A stretch of 64,000 nucleotides of DNA, taken from positions 82,455,590-82,519,589 of the forward strand of contig NC_057711.1 of assembly GCF_004010195.1 (NCBI RefSeq). The letters run 5' to 3'. Below the pieces are notes generated by a model, which searched no databases, was not told where the DNA came from, and saw only the letters and a program-made list of their open reading frames with translations. This stretch comes from Chiloscyllium plagiosum. Its lineage: Eukaryota. Shown here piece after piece: positions 14,000-27,064 of the stretch. The first letter of the stretch is position 1. Each line of letters begins with the position of its first letter. The translations under genes were made by a program, and so were the position numbers.

Positions 14000-16860
14000 A
14001 AACTATAAGACTACAAAAAGTAACAACAAGAGTAGGGTGTTCAACCCCTGAGCCTGTTCCACCATTCGATAGGCTGATGGCTGAGGTAAAATGGCTGATC
14101 TAAAATTCTTCATGTACACTATCCTGCTGTTTCCCTGTAATCCATGATTCCCTAAATGAACAAGAATCTATTTGTACAGTCATACAGATTTATAATACCA
14201 AAAATGTTTCTTCGGGCTATCACATCCGTGCCATTCAAAAACAACCACAGACCCATTCAAATCCTACTTTCCAGCACTAGGCCCATAACCTTGTATGCCT
14301 TGGCATTGTACATCTATGTATTTCTTAAATATTAGTTCGGTTTCTGCCTCTACCACCCTTCCAGGCAGTGAGTTTCAGATACCCACACCCTCTGGATGTA
14401 AAAGATTTTCCTCCTAACTGCTTTTTACCTTCTTCCCTTAACTTAAATTTATGCCCCGGTCATTGAACCTTCCATCAAGGAGAAATGTTTTTTTCCTGTA
14501 TCCCCTATCTATTCCCCTCATAATCTTATACAGCTCAATCGTGTCCTCTCTCATTTTCCTCTGCTCTGAGGAAAACAACCCCAGTCTGTCCAATTTCTCT
14601 TCATAACTGAAATTCTCCAGACCAGGCAACATCCTGATAAATCTCCTCTGAATTAGTGCTATCACATCTCTCCTACAATGCAGATTCCAGACTGCACATT
14701 ATATTCTAGCTGTAGCCAAAATTATATACAGTTCCGGCATAGTCTCCCTGCCCTTAATGTCTATGCTTTGACTAATAAAGGCAAGTATACCATTATGCCT
14801 TTTTAACCACTTTATCCTGATATCTTAAGAAACCAATGTGCATGCACACCAAGATCTCTCTGATCCTCAATGCTTCATCAAATATGCCCTTGCCTTGTTT
14901 GTCCTGCCAAAGTACATCACCTCACATTATCTGATTGAATTCCATTTGCCATTCAGCAAACCATCTGACCTGTCCATCTATATCTTCCTGTAATCTAACG
15001 CTAACTTCCTCACTATTTACCATCCCACGAACTTTTGTATCATCAGCAAACTTACAGATCAACCCACCTACATTCAAGTCTAACTCATTTATATAAACTG
15101 CAACAGCAAAGACCCCAACACTGACCCTGGTGGGACGCTACAGACTTACAGTCAGAAAAACATCCCCCATCCATCACTCCCTGCTTCCTGCCACTCAACC
15201 AATTGTAGTTCTAATTTTACTGGATCCCATGGACTCTCACCTTTGCTACCAGTCTCCCATTCAGGACTTTATCAAAAGTCTTATCAAAAATAGATTACAT
15301 CAAATGTATTGCCCTTATCTACACACCTCTTTAACAAATTCAATCAGATTGGCCAGACATGACCTCCCTTAATAAAATCATGTTGATTGTTTGTGATTAA
15401 TCACTACCTCTCCAAATGTAGTTTAATTCTGTCCTTCAGAATTGCAGCTAATAGTTTCCCCACTACTGAGCTTAGACTGGCTGTCCTGTAGTTTCCTGGT
15501 TAATCCCTTGTAAGCTTCTTGAATAGTGGTACCACTCTTCTCCAGTCTTCTGGCACCTCTTCTGTGGTCAAAGAGGAATTGAACACTTTTGCAACTGCCC
15601 CTGCTATTTCCTTCCTTGTCTCACTCAACAACTTGGGATACATTTCATCTGGCCCTGGATATTGATCTATTTTTAAGCCTGCCAGACCACTTAGAACCTC
15701 CTCTCTGTCTCTGCTAAATTCTTTAATTGTATCACAGATGTTCTCCCTGATTTCTATACCCATTTTGTTCCTCTCACTAGTGAATATCGACCTGAATATT
15801 CATTTAGAACCCCATCTACATCCTCTAGCTTAACACAAAAATTACCACTGTGATACTTAATAAGCCCTGTTCTCTACCTCATTATAATTTTATTCTTAAT
15901 GTATCTGTAAATCAATTTAGGATTCCCTTCATTTTACCTGCCAGTAACCACTCCTATCCCCCTTTAGCTCTCCTAATCTCCATTTCAAGTTCCCTCTTGT
16001 ACATTCCATAGCTCTCTGTGCATCTGCTATTTTGAGCCTTTGACATATGCCATAAATCCTAATTTTCTGTTAATCTCATCCTGTATGTCCTTTGCTATCC
16101 AGGATTCACAGAATTTAATGGTCCCACCCTCTTTCTTTATTGGAACATTTTGACTCTATACTTTCCATATTTCCTTCTAAAACAGACTCACCTAAAAATA
16201 TCTGCTCCCAGTTCACTCTGGCAAAATCCTTTCTAATCTTATTAAAATCAGCCCACCCTACAGTTGAGAACTTCGATTTCAGGCTCAACCACACCCTTTT
16301 CCATAACAATATGAATTTAACAGGTTATGATTGCTGTCTGCAAAATGCTCCCCCACTGATACTTCAACTATTTACCTGACTTCATCACCAAAAATTAAGT
16401 CCAGAACCAGTCCTTTTTTGGTACAGTCTTTTATGTACTGGCTTAAAAAACTGTCCTAGGTACATTTTATGAATTCCACTCCCTCCAAACCTTTCACACA
16501 ATAACTACTGCAGTTAATGTTGGAAAAGTTAAAATCCCTTACTATCATTACCCTATTACTTTTACATTTCCCTGAAATTTGCCTACACACCTGATTTTTT
16601 ATTTCTCGCGGACTGGTAGGGCGCCTATAGTACATTCCCAGCAATGTGATTGGTCCTCTTTGGTTTTTAAATTCTACCCTAAATGGCTTCATTTCAGGAG
16701 CCTTCCAAGATGCTATCCCTCCTTTCTGTGAGCAAAACTGCAATACCTCCTCCTCTTTTATTTCCTTCCATCTCACGTGAAAACCTTGTATCCTGGAATA
16801 CTGAACTGCCAGTCCTGCCCCTTCTCAACCACGTCTCAGTGTCAGCAATGACATCATAGC
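14000..16860 (-). mobile_element. Degenerate CR1 LINE(s)
   Basis: Reverse ORFs IQRRFIRMLPGLENFSYEEKL, PGPDEMYPKLL...VPEDWR, GMYYRRP...DFNFSNI. Confidence 0.88.
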
Positions 16861-16864
16861 CTTA

Positions 16865-18770
16865 AATATACACAAGGGCTCTGCCCCCATAGCAGTCTGT
16901 GGCAAGGAGCTCCAAAGACTCACAACCCTCCAAAGTAAGGATTCATCTCAATTCCGTAGGTCTTTAATTTCCGATATGGCTTGGAAGAACTGTTTGTTTA
17001 GTGTATGGATTCTTCTGTGGATGAAGTACAGTAGAGGTCCTTTGCAAGTCTGTGAGAGAGTGTTGTCCTGAGCTGGGGTAGGTCTAATTGCAGGGAATAT
17101 AGGTAGCGGCGCATGGCTGCAAGCGTGGAGGGAAGGTCCATCACCTCAGGGGATCTCCCATCCACCACCTCCAACCTCATAGTCCCACAACCCCGCACCG
17201 CCCGTTTCTATCTCCTGCCCAAAATCCACAAACCTGACTGCCCATTGTCTCAGCCTACTCCTGCCCCACCGAACTCATCTCTGCATACCTCGATACGGTC
17301 CTGTCCCCCTTAGTCCAAGAACTCCCCACCTACGTTCGGGACACCACCCACGCCCTCCACCTCCTCCATGATTTTCGCTTCGCCTTATCTTCGCAACGCC
17401 TTATCTTCACCATGGACATCCAGTCCCTGTACACCTCCATTCCCCATCAGGACGGACTCAAAGCCCTCCGCTTCTTCCTTTCCCGCCGTACCAACCAGTA
17501 CCCTTCCACTGACACCCTCCTTCGACTGACTGAACTGGTCCTCACTCTGAACAACTTCTCTTTCCAATCCTCCCACTTCCTCCAAACTAAAGGAGTAGCC
17601 ATGGGCACCCGTATGGGCCCCAGCTATGCCTGCCTCTTCGTAGGATATGTGGAACAGTCCATCTTCCGCAGCTACACTAGCACCACCCCCCACCTTTTCC
17701 TCCGCTACAACGATAACTGTATCGGCGCTGCCTCGTGCTCCCATGAGGAGGTTGAACAGTTCATCCACTTTACCAATACCTTCGACCCCGACCTCAAATT
17801 TATCTGGACCATCTCAGACTCCTCCCCCCCCTTCCTAGACCTCTCCATTTACATCTCGGGCGACCGAATCAACACGGACATTTACTACAAACCGACTGAC
17901 TCCCACAGGTACCTAGACTACACCTCCTCCCACCCTGCCCCCTGTAAAAACGCCATCCCATATTCCCAATTCTTTCATCTCCCCGCCGTATCTGCTCCCA
18001 GGAGGACCAGTTCCAATACCACACAACCCAGATGGCCTTCTTCTTCAAAGACCGCAATTTCCCCCCCAGACGTGATCGACGATGCTCTCCACTGCATCTC
18101 CTCCACTTCCAGCTCCTCCGCCCTTGAGCCCCGGCCCTCCAATCGCCACCAGGACAGAACCCCACTGGTCCTCACCTACCACCCCACCAACCTCCATTTA
18201 CATCGTATCATCCGTCGTCATTTCTGCCACCTCCAAACGGACCCCACCACCNNNNNNNNNNNNNNNNNNNNNNNNNNNNNNNNNNNNNNNNNNNNNNNNN
18301 NNNNNNNNNNNNNNNNNNNNNNNNNNNNNNNNNNNNNNNNNNNNNNNNNNNNNNNNNNNNNNNNNNNNNNNNNNNNNNNNNNNNNNNNNNNNNNNNNNNN
18401 NNNNNNNNNNNNNNNNNNNNNNNNNNNNNNNNNNNNNNNNNNNNNNNNNNNNNNNNNNNNNNNNNNNNNNNNNNNNNNNNNNNNNNNNNNNNNNNNNNNN
18501 NNNNNNNNNNNNNNNNNNNNNNNNNNNNNCTTCTTCCTGACCTCTCCGCCCCACCCCCACTCCGACCTATCACCCTCACCTTAACCTCCTTCCACCTATC
18601 GCATTTCCAACGCCCCTCCCCCAAGTCCCTCCTCCCTACCTTTTATCTTAGCCTGCTGGACACACTTTCCTCATTCCTGAAGAAGGGCTCATGCCCGAAA
18701 TGTCGATTCTCCTGCTCCTTGGATGCTGCCTGACCTGCTGCTCTTTTCCAGCAACACATTTTCAGCAAGG
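16865..18770 (+). mobile_element. Penelope-like element: RT remnant plus 3' pLTR, with a probable inverted 5' segment; spans an assembly gap
   Basis: FYLLPKIHK, MDIQSLYTSIPH, GVAMGTRMGPSYACLF, catalytic motif degenerated to RYNDN, FLDL, YYKPTDSH. Hammerhead-like motif at 18677-18704. Confidence 0.9.
18252..18529. other. Assembly gap (N run)
   Basis: Run of n. Confidence 1.
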
Positions 18771-19250
18771 CTTCATCTCAGTCTTGAACTAGCATCCCTT
18801 TATTCTGGCATCTGGTCTGAGACTCTCCCAGTATGGAAAACATCCTCTCAGCATTTAGCCTGTTAAGCCTATTAAGAATTCAATATATTTCAATGAGATC
18901 GCCTCTCATTCTTCTAAACTCCAGTGAGTAGAGTCCCAAACTGTTTAGTCTTCGCTTATAAGACCACGTCTTCATACCAGGGGTCATCCTATTGAAACTT
19001 CTCTGAACTGCCTCAAATCAATGTATTTCCTTAAATAAGGGGATTAAAACAGTTCACAATATTCTGGATGTGGGCCCACTGACACATTTTATAGTCGCAA
19101 TAAAACTTCCCTACTCTTATACTCCAACCCCTTCAAATATAGGCTAACATTTCATTCATCAGATTATCTGCTGTACCTGTGTGCTAAGTTCCTGTGTTTT
19201 GTGCACAAGTACCCCAATCCCAGTGTGTTGTAACTATCTGCAGTTTTTAA
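18770..19250 (-). mobile_element. CR1 3' fragment
   Basis: Degenerate reverse-strand CR1 ORF2 C-terminal sequence. Confidence 0.65.
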
Positions 19251-19562
19251 ACTTATCAAACAATTGAATATACTCATCTTTACTTTGTCCAAAGTGGAAA
19301 TCATTTAATTGTGATTGATCAGTACAATAATTTGACAGAGGCATTACAGCATTACACTTCAAAATGCTGGTAACACTCAGCAGCATCTGTGCAAAATAAA
19401 GTTACCAGAGTTTGATCAGAACAGGTCAGTAATGAACTTGAAATTTTAATTTGGGTTTCCACTCCAGAGATGCTGCCAGATCAGCTGAGTGTTTCTACAT
19501 TTATGTTTTTATTCCATATTTTCAGAATTTGCAAAATTTTGCTCTGTAGGTATAACACTTAC

Positions 19563-19706
19563 TTGAATACGACACCTTTCTTGGGTTTCTGTTAAAGCTG
19601 CCAAATATTGTTCCTTTTCCTGTTTCAAAGCATGTATTTGCCCTAGTGCATCCTTCAGCTCAGATGCTTTTAGACTGAATAACTCCTCATCTGTGCCTAG
19701 GGCATC
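19563..19706 (-). CDS. KIF27: KIF27 coding exon 4 (coiled coil)
   Basis: DALGTDEELFSLKASELKDALGQIHALKQEKEQYLAALTETQERCRIQ. Acceptor cttcctcag, donor CAA|gtaagt; 144 nt, phase 0/0; resembles the KIF27 segment following LKKCQ. Confidence 0.9.
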
Positions 19707-20904
19707 CTGAGGAAGATAAAAATAGTAAACAGACAGTAAAAATAATTCACTGCAAATTTCAGATTTAGCATAATGAAGGATGCAAAGTGAAGTTCTCAGA
19801 GGCCAATTATAATTTGACAAGTATCAAGGTGATTTGAAAATTACATGGAAGTGAAAAACAAATTATGAAAATTATTGACCGCCTTCATGTGTGAAAAAGT
19901 TAATAATTTTCTTTTTCATCGGCACAAAAATGTTTATTCAGTCATTAGCCCTGGGTTCAATTCCCACCGGTTCCACAGGTATGTAATAACATTCCTGTGG
20001 CATAGTGGTAGTGTCCCTATCCCTTGACCAGGACGGCTCAGGTTCAAGTCCCACCTGCTCCAGAACAGCTTGTTTCAGAACATAGATTAAACTAAAAAAA
20101 CTCTGAACAGGTTATTACAAAAGAAATTGGCAACATACTAATGCAATAAATTAAATTGACTTTTAAGCTTATCAAAAAGCATCATAAACTAGAAGTGGAT
20201 AAATTGAATCCAGAAAATTACAATGAAACACTTTAATATTGTTAGTAAGCTGGATGGGACAGATGGGAAGAGAAGGACATTAATAAAACCAGTTAGTTCA
20301 AAAGTATAGGGAAACCTTTAGATGAACACTCTGACCCCATGGTAGAAATTTGCTGGGAGGGGGCAGATTGCTTGTCCCTCTGGAAGAAAAGTCAGTGGCA
20401 AGTTGATAACAAAGTTCACCTTGCCACCATATAGAGCTGTAGGCAGGCTGAGGTGCTGGAAGTATTGGATTTCTACACCTCAGAGGAGGAGTTTCTACCC
20501 ACTAGAACTGCTGACTGGCAGCTCCAATTGAGCTCAATTGTGGGTACTACCAGACTCATGGTGAAGACCCAACAATTTCCATAGTGATTTAAATCATTTG
20601 TATTGTAGAGCGGAGAATTTGGCCACCTTAGGACAGGAGATTTTGAAGTATGAGTGAATAGGAAGGACGTGGTTTGCAACCTTCTTCAGGGGTTCCTCTG
20701 ATAGGCAAAAGGCACCTTTCTAGTGCTTTAAACATTTAAAAAAAGGATGTTCGTGCCAACTATATTTTGAGCTGGGCAGTACAAAACAGGGCCAATTCAG
20801 TTTTTAACAATTGAGCATATTAAAAGCTCAACTGACTGTTAATTATGGGCGACACAGTGGCACAATGGTTAGCAATGGGTGGCATGGTGGCACAGTAGTT
20901 AGCT

Positions 20905-21221
20905 ATGGGCAGCACGGTGGCACAGTGGTTAGCACTGCTGCCTCACTAGCGCCAGAGACTTGGGTTCAATTCCCGCCTCACGCGACTGACTGTGTGGAGT
21001 TTGCACATTCTCCCCGTGTCTGTGTGGGTTTCCTCCGGGTGCTCCGGTTTCCTCTCACAGTCCAAAGATGTGCAGGTCAGGTGAATTGGCCATGCTAAAT
21101 TGCCCGTAGTGTTAGGTGAAGGGGTAAATGTAGGGTTTATGGGTGGGTTAAGCTTCGGCGGGTCAGTGTGGACTTGTTGGGCCGAAGGGCCTGTTTCCAC
21201 ACTGTAAGTAATCTAATCTAA
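20905..21221 (+). mobile_element. HE1-like tRNA-derived SINE
   Basis: A box TGGCACAGTGG, B box GGTTCAATTCC, core GTGTGGAGTTTGCACATTCTCCCCGTGTC, CR1-like tail and (TAATC)n end. Confidence 0.88.
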
Positions 21222-21793
21222 TTACATATGGAGTGTAAGCTGTCCATTTCAGCACTTCCTGTGTTCAGGACTGAGTAGAAAGATGGTACACTACCTAAAT
21301 TATTTAGTTTATGTGCACTCATACCAAAACCATATCCAGCAGAAAGGCAAAGACCAGCCCAAGAAATCTCGAAAAAAAAATCAGGTCAGTCTACTGACAA
21401 GTTCCAACATCCAACAGCATTTTCTAGGGTGGGCTCTGTCCAATGGAGTCAATCTGAATGTCTGCAGCAGACATCAATAAAGATTGTTGTATGATTAATT
21501 ATTGGCAACTTTCATACTAGTTAGCCATTTTTAAAATTTTGCAGGGTCCCTGAAATGTCAGAAGCCTACATGGAAGTGGTTTCATAATTGGTGGTTGAGC
21601 ATGACAACTGAAGGTATTTTGTTGGCTACTAACAAAAAATGGTAAGATTGTCATGTATTCATTTCATAGCCTTGCCACTAAGTGAAGATTTCTTGAAGAT
21701 AGATGTCTCTGATCAGTAATAGCTGCTCCTTTGATATTGATGGGATCTCCATTACTTCCCTCCAGTTTCTACTATTTGGCCCTTCAATATTAC

Positions 21794-21980
21794 GGGAGAA
21801 AGTGAGGTCTGCAGATGCTGGAGATCAGAGCTGGAAATGTGTTGCTGGAAAAGCGCAGCAGGTCAGGCAGCATCCAGGGAACAGGAGAATCGACGTTTCG
21901 GACATAAGCCCTCCTGAAGAAGGGCTTATGTTCCCTGGATGCTGCCTGACCTGCTGCGCTTTTCCAGCAACACATTTCCA
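21794..21980. mobile_element. PLE-terminus-derived fold-back insertion with 15-bp TSD
   Basis: TSD gcccttcaatattac at 21779-21793 and 21981-21995; inverted arms. Confidence 0.85.
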
Positions 21981-22394
21981 GCCCTTCAATATTACACTCA
22001 TTGGTGACAGTACGAGGACTACAAGCCCTCTTTCATGGGCCACACTGTATTCATTTACCTCCTGCTTATGGACCATCTTTAACTGGATGAAACAGAGAAG
22101 TGACTTGCTAGTTAAGTGGTAGCAGTGAATGCAGTTAAGATGTGGAAATGGTCTTGCCTCCAAAATATTTTCAAATTTGACAAAATTTAATCCCAATGTT
22201 GCATTACATTCTTTCTTCTTGCCACTTTTCTCCACCAAATTTTCTCATCAAAGTTGCTGACTTCTCCTGGGGGACAGCTTCATGAATACGTGCGACCATT
22301 TGATACCTCAGTCATTCTTTATGTGAAAACTTTCACCATGAATGCCGGCTAACAATTTTACTATGAGGAAAGCCAGGTCCTAAAACTACTCTTT

Positions 22395-22590
22395 CACAAA
22401 CCCCAGGAACCCCATCCAGGACAAACATATAAATAGAAAGCAGGAGACAACAGCTTTGCTTCACTTGGAGGTCGCCACTGATGATGTTACCTAGCCAGGT
22501 AATGAAACGTCTGGATATCAAACCTACAGCTCAGCAAGCAAACCTACACCCTAAACTCAACCTGAGCTACAAACCTTCACAAACCTTGCA
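22395..22590 (+). mobile_element. PLE (second family) 3' terminus carrying a hammerhead motif
   Basis: Homologous to the ends of the elements at 24145-24603 and 36683-38317. Confidence 0.75.
22475..22514 (+). ncRNA. Minimal type I hammerhead ribozyme motif
   Basis: CCA-CTGATGA-T-GTTACCT(AGCC)AGGTAAT-GAAA-CG-TC-TGG: intact core, 7-bp stem II, stem I CCA/TGG, palindromic ACGT stem III. Confidence 0.75.
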
Positions 22591-22772
22591 ACTACTCCTG
22601 TTCTCAGCTGTTATCAACACATGCAGTGTCAGCAGGGTTTCCCATCTGTAATCAAGAGCAAGAATCTAATCCTGAGGTGCTGAGAATTATCAGCTAATTT
22701 GTCACAGGCTAGAGATTCAACTTGAGAACTTCATTGTGGCTCACCTACTGACCAAACCCATTAAAGGTTTTT

Positions 22773-23085
22773 TTAGATTAGATTACTTACAGTGTGGAAA
22801 CAGGCCCTTCGGCCCAACAAGTCCACACCGACCCGCCGAAGCGCAACCCACCCATACCCCTACATTTACCCCTTTAACCTAACACTACGGGCAATTTAGC
22901 ATGGCCAATTCACCTGACCCGCACATTTTTGGATTGTGGGAGGAAACCGGAGCACCCGGAGGAAACCCACACAGACATGGGGAGAACGTGCAAACTCCAC
23001 ACAGTCAGTCGCCTGAGTCGGGAATTGAACCCGGGTCTCTGGCGCTGTGAGGCAGCAGTGCTAACCACTGTGCCACCGTGCCGCC
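22773..23085 (-). mobile_element. HE1-like SINE
   Basis: Closely similar reverse complement of 20905-21221. Confidence 0.88.
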
Positions 23086-24144
23086 TATTTTGCATATGTT
23101 TTGCATATGTAAAGACACAGTATAAACTAAGGCCCAATAAATCAGGTATTTATCTAATGCTTTCTGAAAGGCATTTAAAAAAAATGTTGAGTGATGCCTA
23201 GACTTCAGTCTACAGAGCACAAAATCAACATTGTGGACAACATAAGTCTTGTTGGCATTGTGAACAGCGAAGAGGATAGTGTTAAGTTCCAAAAGGCATA
23301 GACAGGTTTGTGGAATGAACAAGCAAGTGGCAGATGAAACTTAATGCAGAGAATAGTGAAGTGATTAATTTTGGTCAGAAGATTGTAGAGACCAAACATA
23401 AAATAAAACATACAATTCTAAAAGAGTTGCAGGATTAAAGGGACATAGGGAGTATACATGCACAAATCACTGAAGCTGATAGATCAAGTTAACAGACCTG
23501 TTAACAAACCATCCAGGATGCTGGATTTTATTAATAGGAGCACAGTGTACAAAAGAAAGGAAGTCACGATGAGCATCATGATTAAACATTGTTTAGGCCT
23601 CATTTGGAGCACTGCTTCCAATTCTGGGCATCACATTTTATGAAAAATGTTAAGACATTAGAGAGATGGAAGAAAGTATTTTTGAGAATGCTTCCAGGGA
23701 TGAAACTGATTGATCCAGAAGAGAAGGTTAAGAGGCCATAGTAGAGGTATTTCAAATCATGAGGGGATTGGAGCAAGAAACTGTTGCCATTGCAGAAGAT
23801 TGTCAAATCAGAGGCCAAAGATACTAAATGGTTTAAGATGCAATGATGAGATAAGGAGAACCTCTTTTAACACAGCAAGTTCTTAATATGTGGTGGATTT
23901 TGATTCAAACTTGGCATTCAGAAAGGGGCTAGTTAATTATTTAAAAATAAAAATTTGCAGGCCTATGGCATAGAGATGTGGAGTAGCAATAGGTGAATTT
24001 GCATGGAGACAACAGGCAAATTGGACTCATTCGATGCTGTAACTATTCTAAGATTTTAGAGAAGATGACAGGTTCTTGCTGGATGGAAGAACATAGGAAG
24101 TCAATGTACAATGAGGAGTACAATACTAAAGGAGATATAGGAGC

Positions 24145-24603
24145 TCAAAGTTTGGGTGAAGATTTGTAGCTCGGGTGCTCGTTGTTGTGGTTCTGTTCGC
24201 CGAGCTGGAAGTTTTTGTTGCAAACGTTTCGTCCCCTGTCTAGGTGACATCCTCAGTGCTTGGGAGCCACACACGCAGACGACAAGCAACATGAATTCGA
24301 CTGGGACAACACTACCATTATAGGGCAAGCCAAACAAAGAACAGCCAGAGAATTCCTAGAAGCATGGCACTCATCCACAAACTCCATCAACAAACACATC
24401 GACTTGGACCCAATATACCGGCCACTACAGCGGACAGCTGAAACTGACAACCGGAAGCGGCAGGGACAGGCCACTATAAATGCCGGAGGAAACACCACAG
24501 AAGCACTTCACAGGAGGCTCCCAAGCACTGAGGATGTCACCTAGACAGGGGACAAAACGTTTGCAACAAAAATTTCCAGCTCGGCGAACAGAACCACAAC
24601 AAC
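24145..24603. mobile_element. 5'-truncated PLE with inverted pLTR arms and 12-bp TSD
   Basis: TSD agatataggagc at 24133-24144 and 24604-24615. Internal HEFDWDNTTIIGQAKQRTAREFLEAWHS (GIY-YIG C-terminal part). Arms about 24181-24268 and 24516-24603. Confidence 0.88.
24220..24259 (-). ncRNA. Minimal hammerhead ribozyme motif, sense to KIF27 pre-mRNA
   Basis: Minus strand reads GCA-CTGAGGA-T-GTCACCT(AGAC)AGGGGAC-GAAA-CG-TT-TGC. Confidence 0.7.
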
Positions 24604-25596
24604 AGATATAGGAGCATAGGGTCCTAGGTGTATATGGGCACAGATCACTAAAGGTGGCAGAACAAGTGCAGAGAACAGCCAATAAAGCATACAATGTCCT
24701 CAGCTTCATAGGGGCAAAGAGTACAAGAGTAAAAAGGTGATGTTGAACATGTACAAGGCACTTGTTAGACCTTAGCTGGAGTATTGTGTACAATTGTGGA
24801 TTCTGCATTGTAGAGTCATAGAGTCATACAGCACGGAAACATCCCTTCGGCCCAACTTCTCCATGTCGACCAGGTTTCCTAAACTGAACTAGTCTCACTT
24901 GCCTGTGTTTGGCCAATGTCCCTGCAAACCTTTCCTATAGTTATAGAGCCACAGAGTTTTACAGCACGGAAACAACTATGCTGTCCAACTCGTCCATGCC
25001 AATCATAATCCCAAACTAAACTAGTCCCATATCCCTTCAAACATTTCTTATTCATGTACTTATCTAAATATCATATTAAACATACGGTTATTAAACTGTA
25101 CCCACATCCACCACTATCTCTGGAAGTTCATTCCACACACAAACTTTTACACACGACCTCTGTGCGTAAGAAACTGCCCCTCATGTCTTTCTCCTCTCGT
25201 AAAAATGTGCCCCGAGTCTATGAACCTTTATAACATCACCTCTCAATCTTTTATGTTCCAGAGAAAAAAAATCCCAACCTATTCAAATGTATTGGAGAGA
25301 GTACACAGCAAAGGTTTCAGTTAATGAGAAACTTCAATTATGAGGAGAATTGAAATGTCTGCATAGTGACCTTTCTGAACATGAGAAACACATTGTTGGT
25401 TACAATCTATTGGCATCCATTCAGTGACAAGCGGCATAAATTTTCACGCCCAAAGATACCCTTTCAGGGATTTTCTTACTACCTTGGAGTAAATAACATC
25501 TGTTTTGGTCTGGTCATTGCATTGTACAGGGTACACATTTCAGCCTCTATTACAAGGTGCTTGTATGAAGCCTACTAACAGTATGTTATACTGTAC

Positions 25597-26582
25597 CTGG
25601 CATTTCTTCAGCTCTCTTTTCAGTTGAAATATTGTAATGTGATGAGAATCCTGTCCTCCATTTCCAATTCCACTATCAGTGCCAAAAAGGTCAGGTAATT
25701 CGTTTTGCAGTTCCTCTACCATGTTGAACCACTCCTTCAGCTTTTGCCACTGATTTTCTTTCAAACTGTTTGCATCTCTAAATTCCAAGAAGAAGTGTAA
25801 TGCTTCATCAATGCAATGTTTATAGTGATAGCTTTCCATTTGTAGATGGGCAACCTGCTCTTCCAGAGAATGGATCCGTTTTTTGTCTTGAAACAAGTCC
25901 TGAGAAACCTGACTAGCACGAGTCAGAAGGCTTGTCTGTTGATTCTGCAGTGCTTCCCGGAGCGTTTTGATTTGTAATTCCATTTCATCTATCCGATCCC
26001 AGTCTGGGTCGTAATTTACAATAGGTTTGTTTCTTATGTCCTTGGCTCGATTGGCATATTTCAGAGTGTTCAAAGATTCATCAAAACTGGATGATGAGGG
26101 GCTAATGCATGCGATCATCACAGTTTTAGCATTTCCTCCAAGAGAGTCCTTCAACAAACGTGTTATCTTAGTATCCCTGTATGGAATGTGTATACTTTTT
26201 CTCTTTGGGTCTCCAAGAGCACTGATCACATTGCCAAGTGCCAGGAGACCACTGTTTATTTGAATTGATTCCTTAAATCGTTCACCTGTGTTTCCTGTTT
26301 TGGTAACCCTTTCAGAACCAGCTAGATCGACAAAGCAAAATTTGGAAGAAATCAGTTGATATGACCTTATTGATTCTTTTATAATGTGTTCCTCATCAGT
26401 ATTTGATTGCTGCTCATTTTTAGGCCGTTTTTGATTGAGGTACATTGTGAAAATGGCATGTGACCGGCTGGAGTGTTCATTCATCTGTGTGGTACCTGTG
26501 TGTCGAGCTGCATTGCCAGCCTCCAATAGACTCATCATTTCATCAGGTGTCTCAATTTCACACTCCTTTGCCCCAATAATCA
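25597..26582 (-). CDS. KIF27: KIF27 coding exon 3 (switch I/II, end of motor, start of coiled coil)
   Basis: Contains NEHSSRSH, VDLAGSE, HIPYRDTKITRLLKDSLGG and LKYANRAK, ending LKRELKKCQ. Acceptor ttttag, donor CAG|gtacag; 986 nt. Confidence 0.97.
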
Positions 26583-27064
26583 CTAAAACAAACAAGGTAC
26601 ATGGAAAGATAATTTTGTTATGTTAATTAGTCTTTTGATAAACAGCAATTCAGTAGTTTAAAATTTGACCACTGCTGATATAACACATTTGTTGAAGCTT
26701 TTCATCTTGCACACATCAGTGTAACTCCTTGCACTTTCAGGATTATCCAGCAAATGTTGTATAATTGCAGAATCACATCTAATGTTCGACACTATGCTGG
26801 CAGTTTTTCAAGCATGGGCTGGTGAGATACAGTCAGCACCTTGCTTGTTGAGAGCAGTGGAAGGATAAGCTGTTTGATACAATCCACCAATCTTTGAGAC
26901 AGCAAGATGAAAAACGAAATGCATCTTTATTTTCAATTATACCTTTGAAAAATATAAGAATGCGATGGGTAAGGTAATACAATAGCTGCATGTTACTTTA
27001 TATTGAGTCACCCAGTAGTCCATGAAGTAAAAGATGATTTGCAGTCTGCACCATGTTAGAACAA

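Larger units (their letters stand above)
23200..25330. mobile_element. Cluster of old CR1 fragments (both strands) with a nested PLE
   Basis: Degenerate CR1 ORF2 C-terminal motifs (YKALVRP*LEYCVQLW) and 3' tails. Confidence 0.7.

Noticed and set aside
17412..18584. 390-aa ORF as a functional gene or active RT
   Set aside because: It is PLE RT with the catalytic motif mutated (RYNDN) and a frameshift; its length is inflated by the N gap.
1597..19562. Additional genes in the 18-kb KIF27 intron (e.g. ORFs 4353-4688, 4969-5388)
   Set aside because: No recognisable domains or splice structure; several overlap decayed repeats; the flanking KIF27 exons join in frame without them.
20845..20934. CRISPR-like array or tRNA gene
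   Set aside because: No spacers; eukaryotic context; the tRNA-like part is a SINE head with no intact cloverleaf.
21703..22238. Overlapping ORFs on both strands with recurrent peptides (CVAGKAQQVRQH / GCCLTCCAFPA)
   Set aside because: Translations of the non-coding PLE terminal repeat, which recurs throughout the window.
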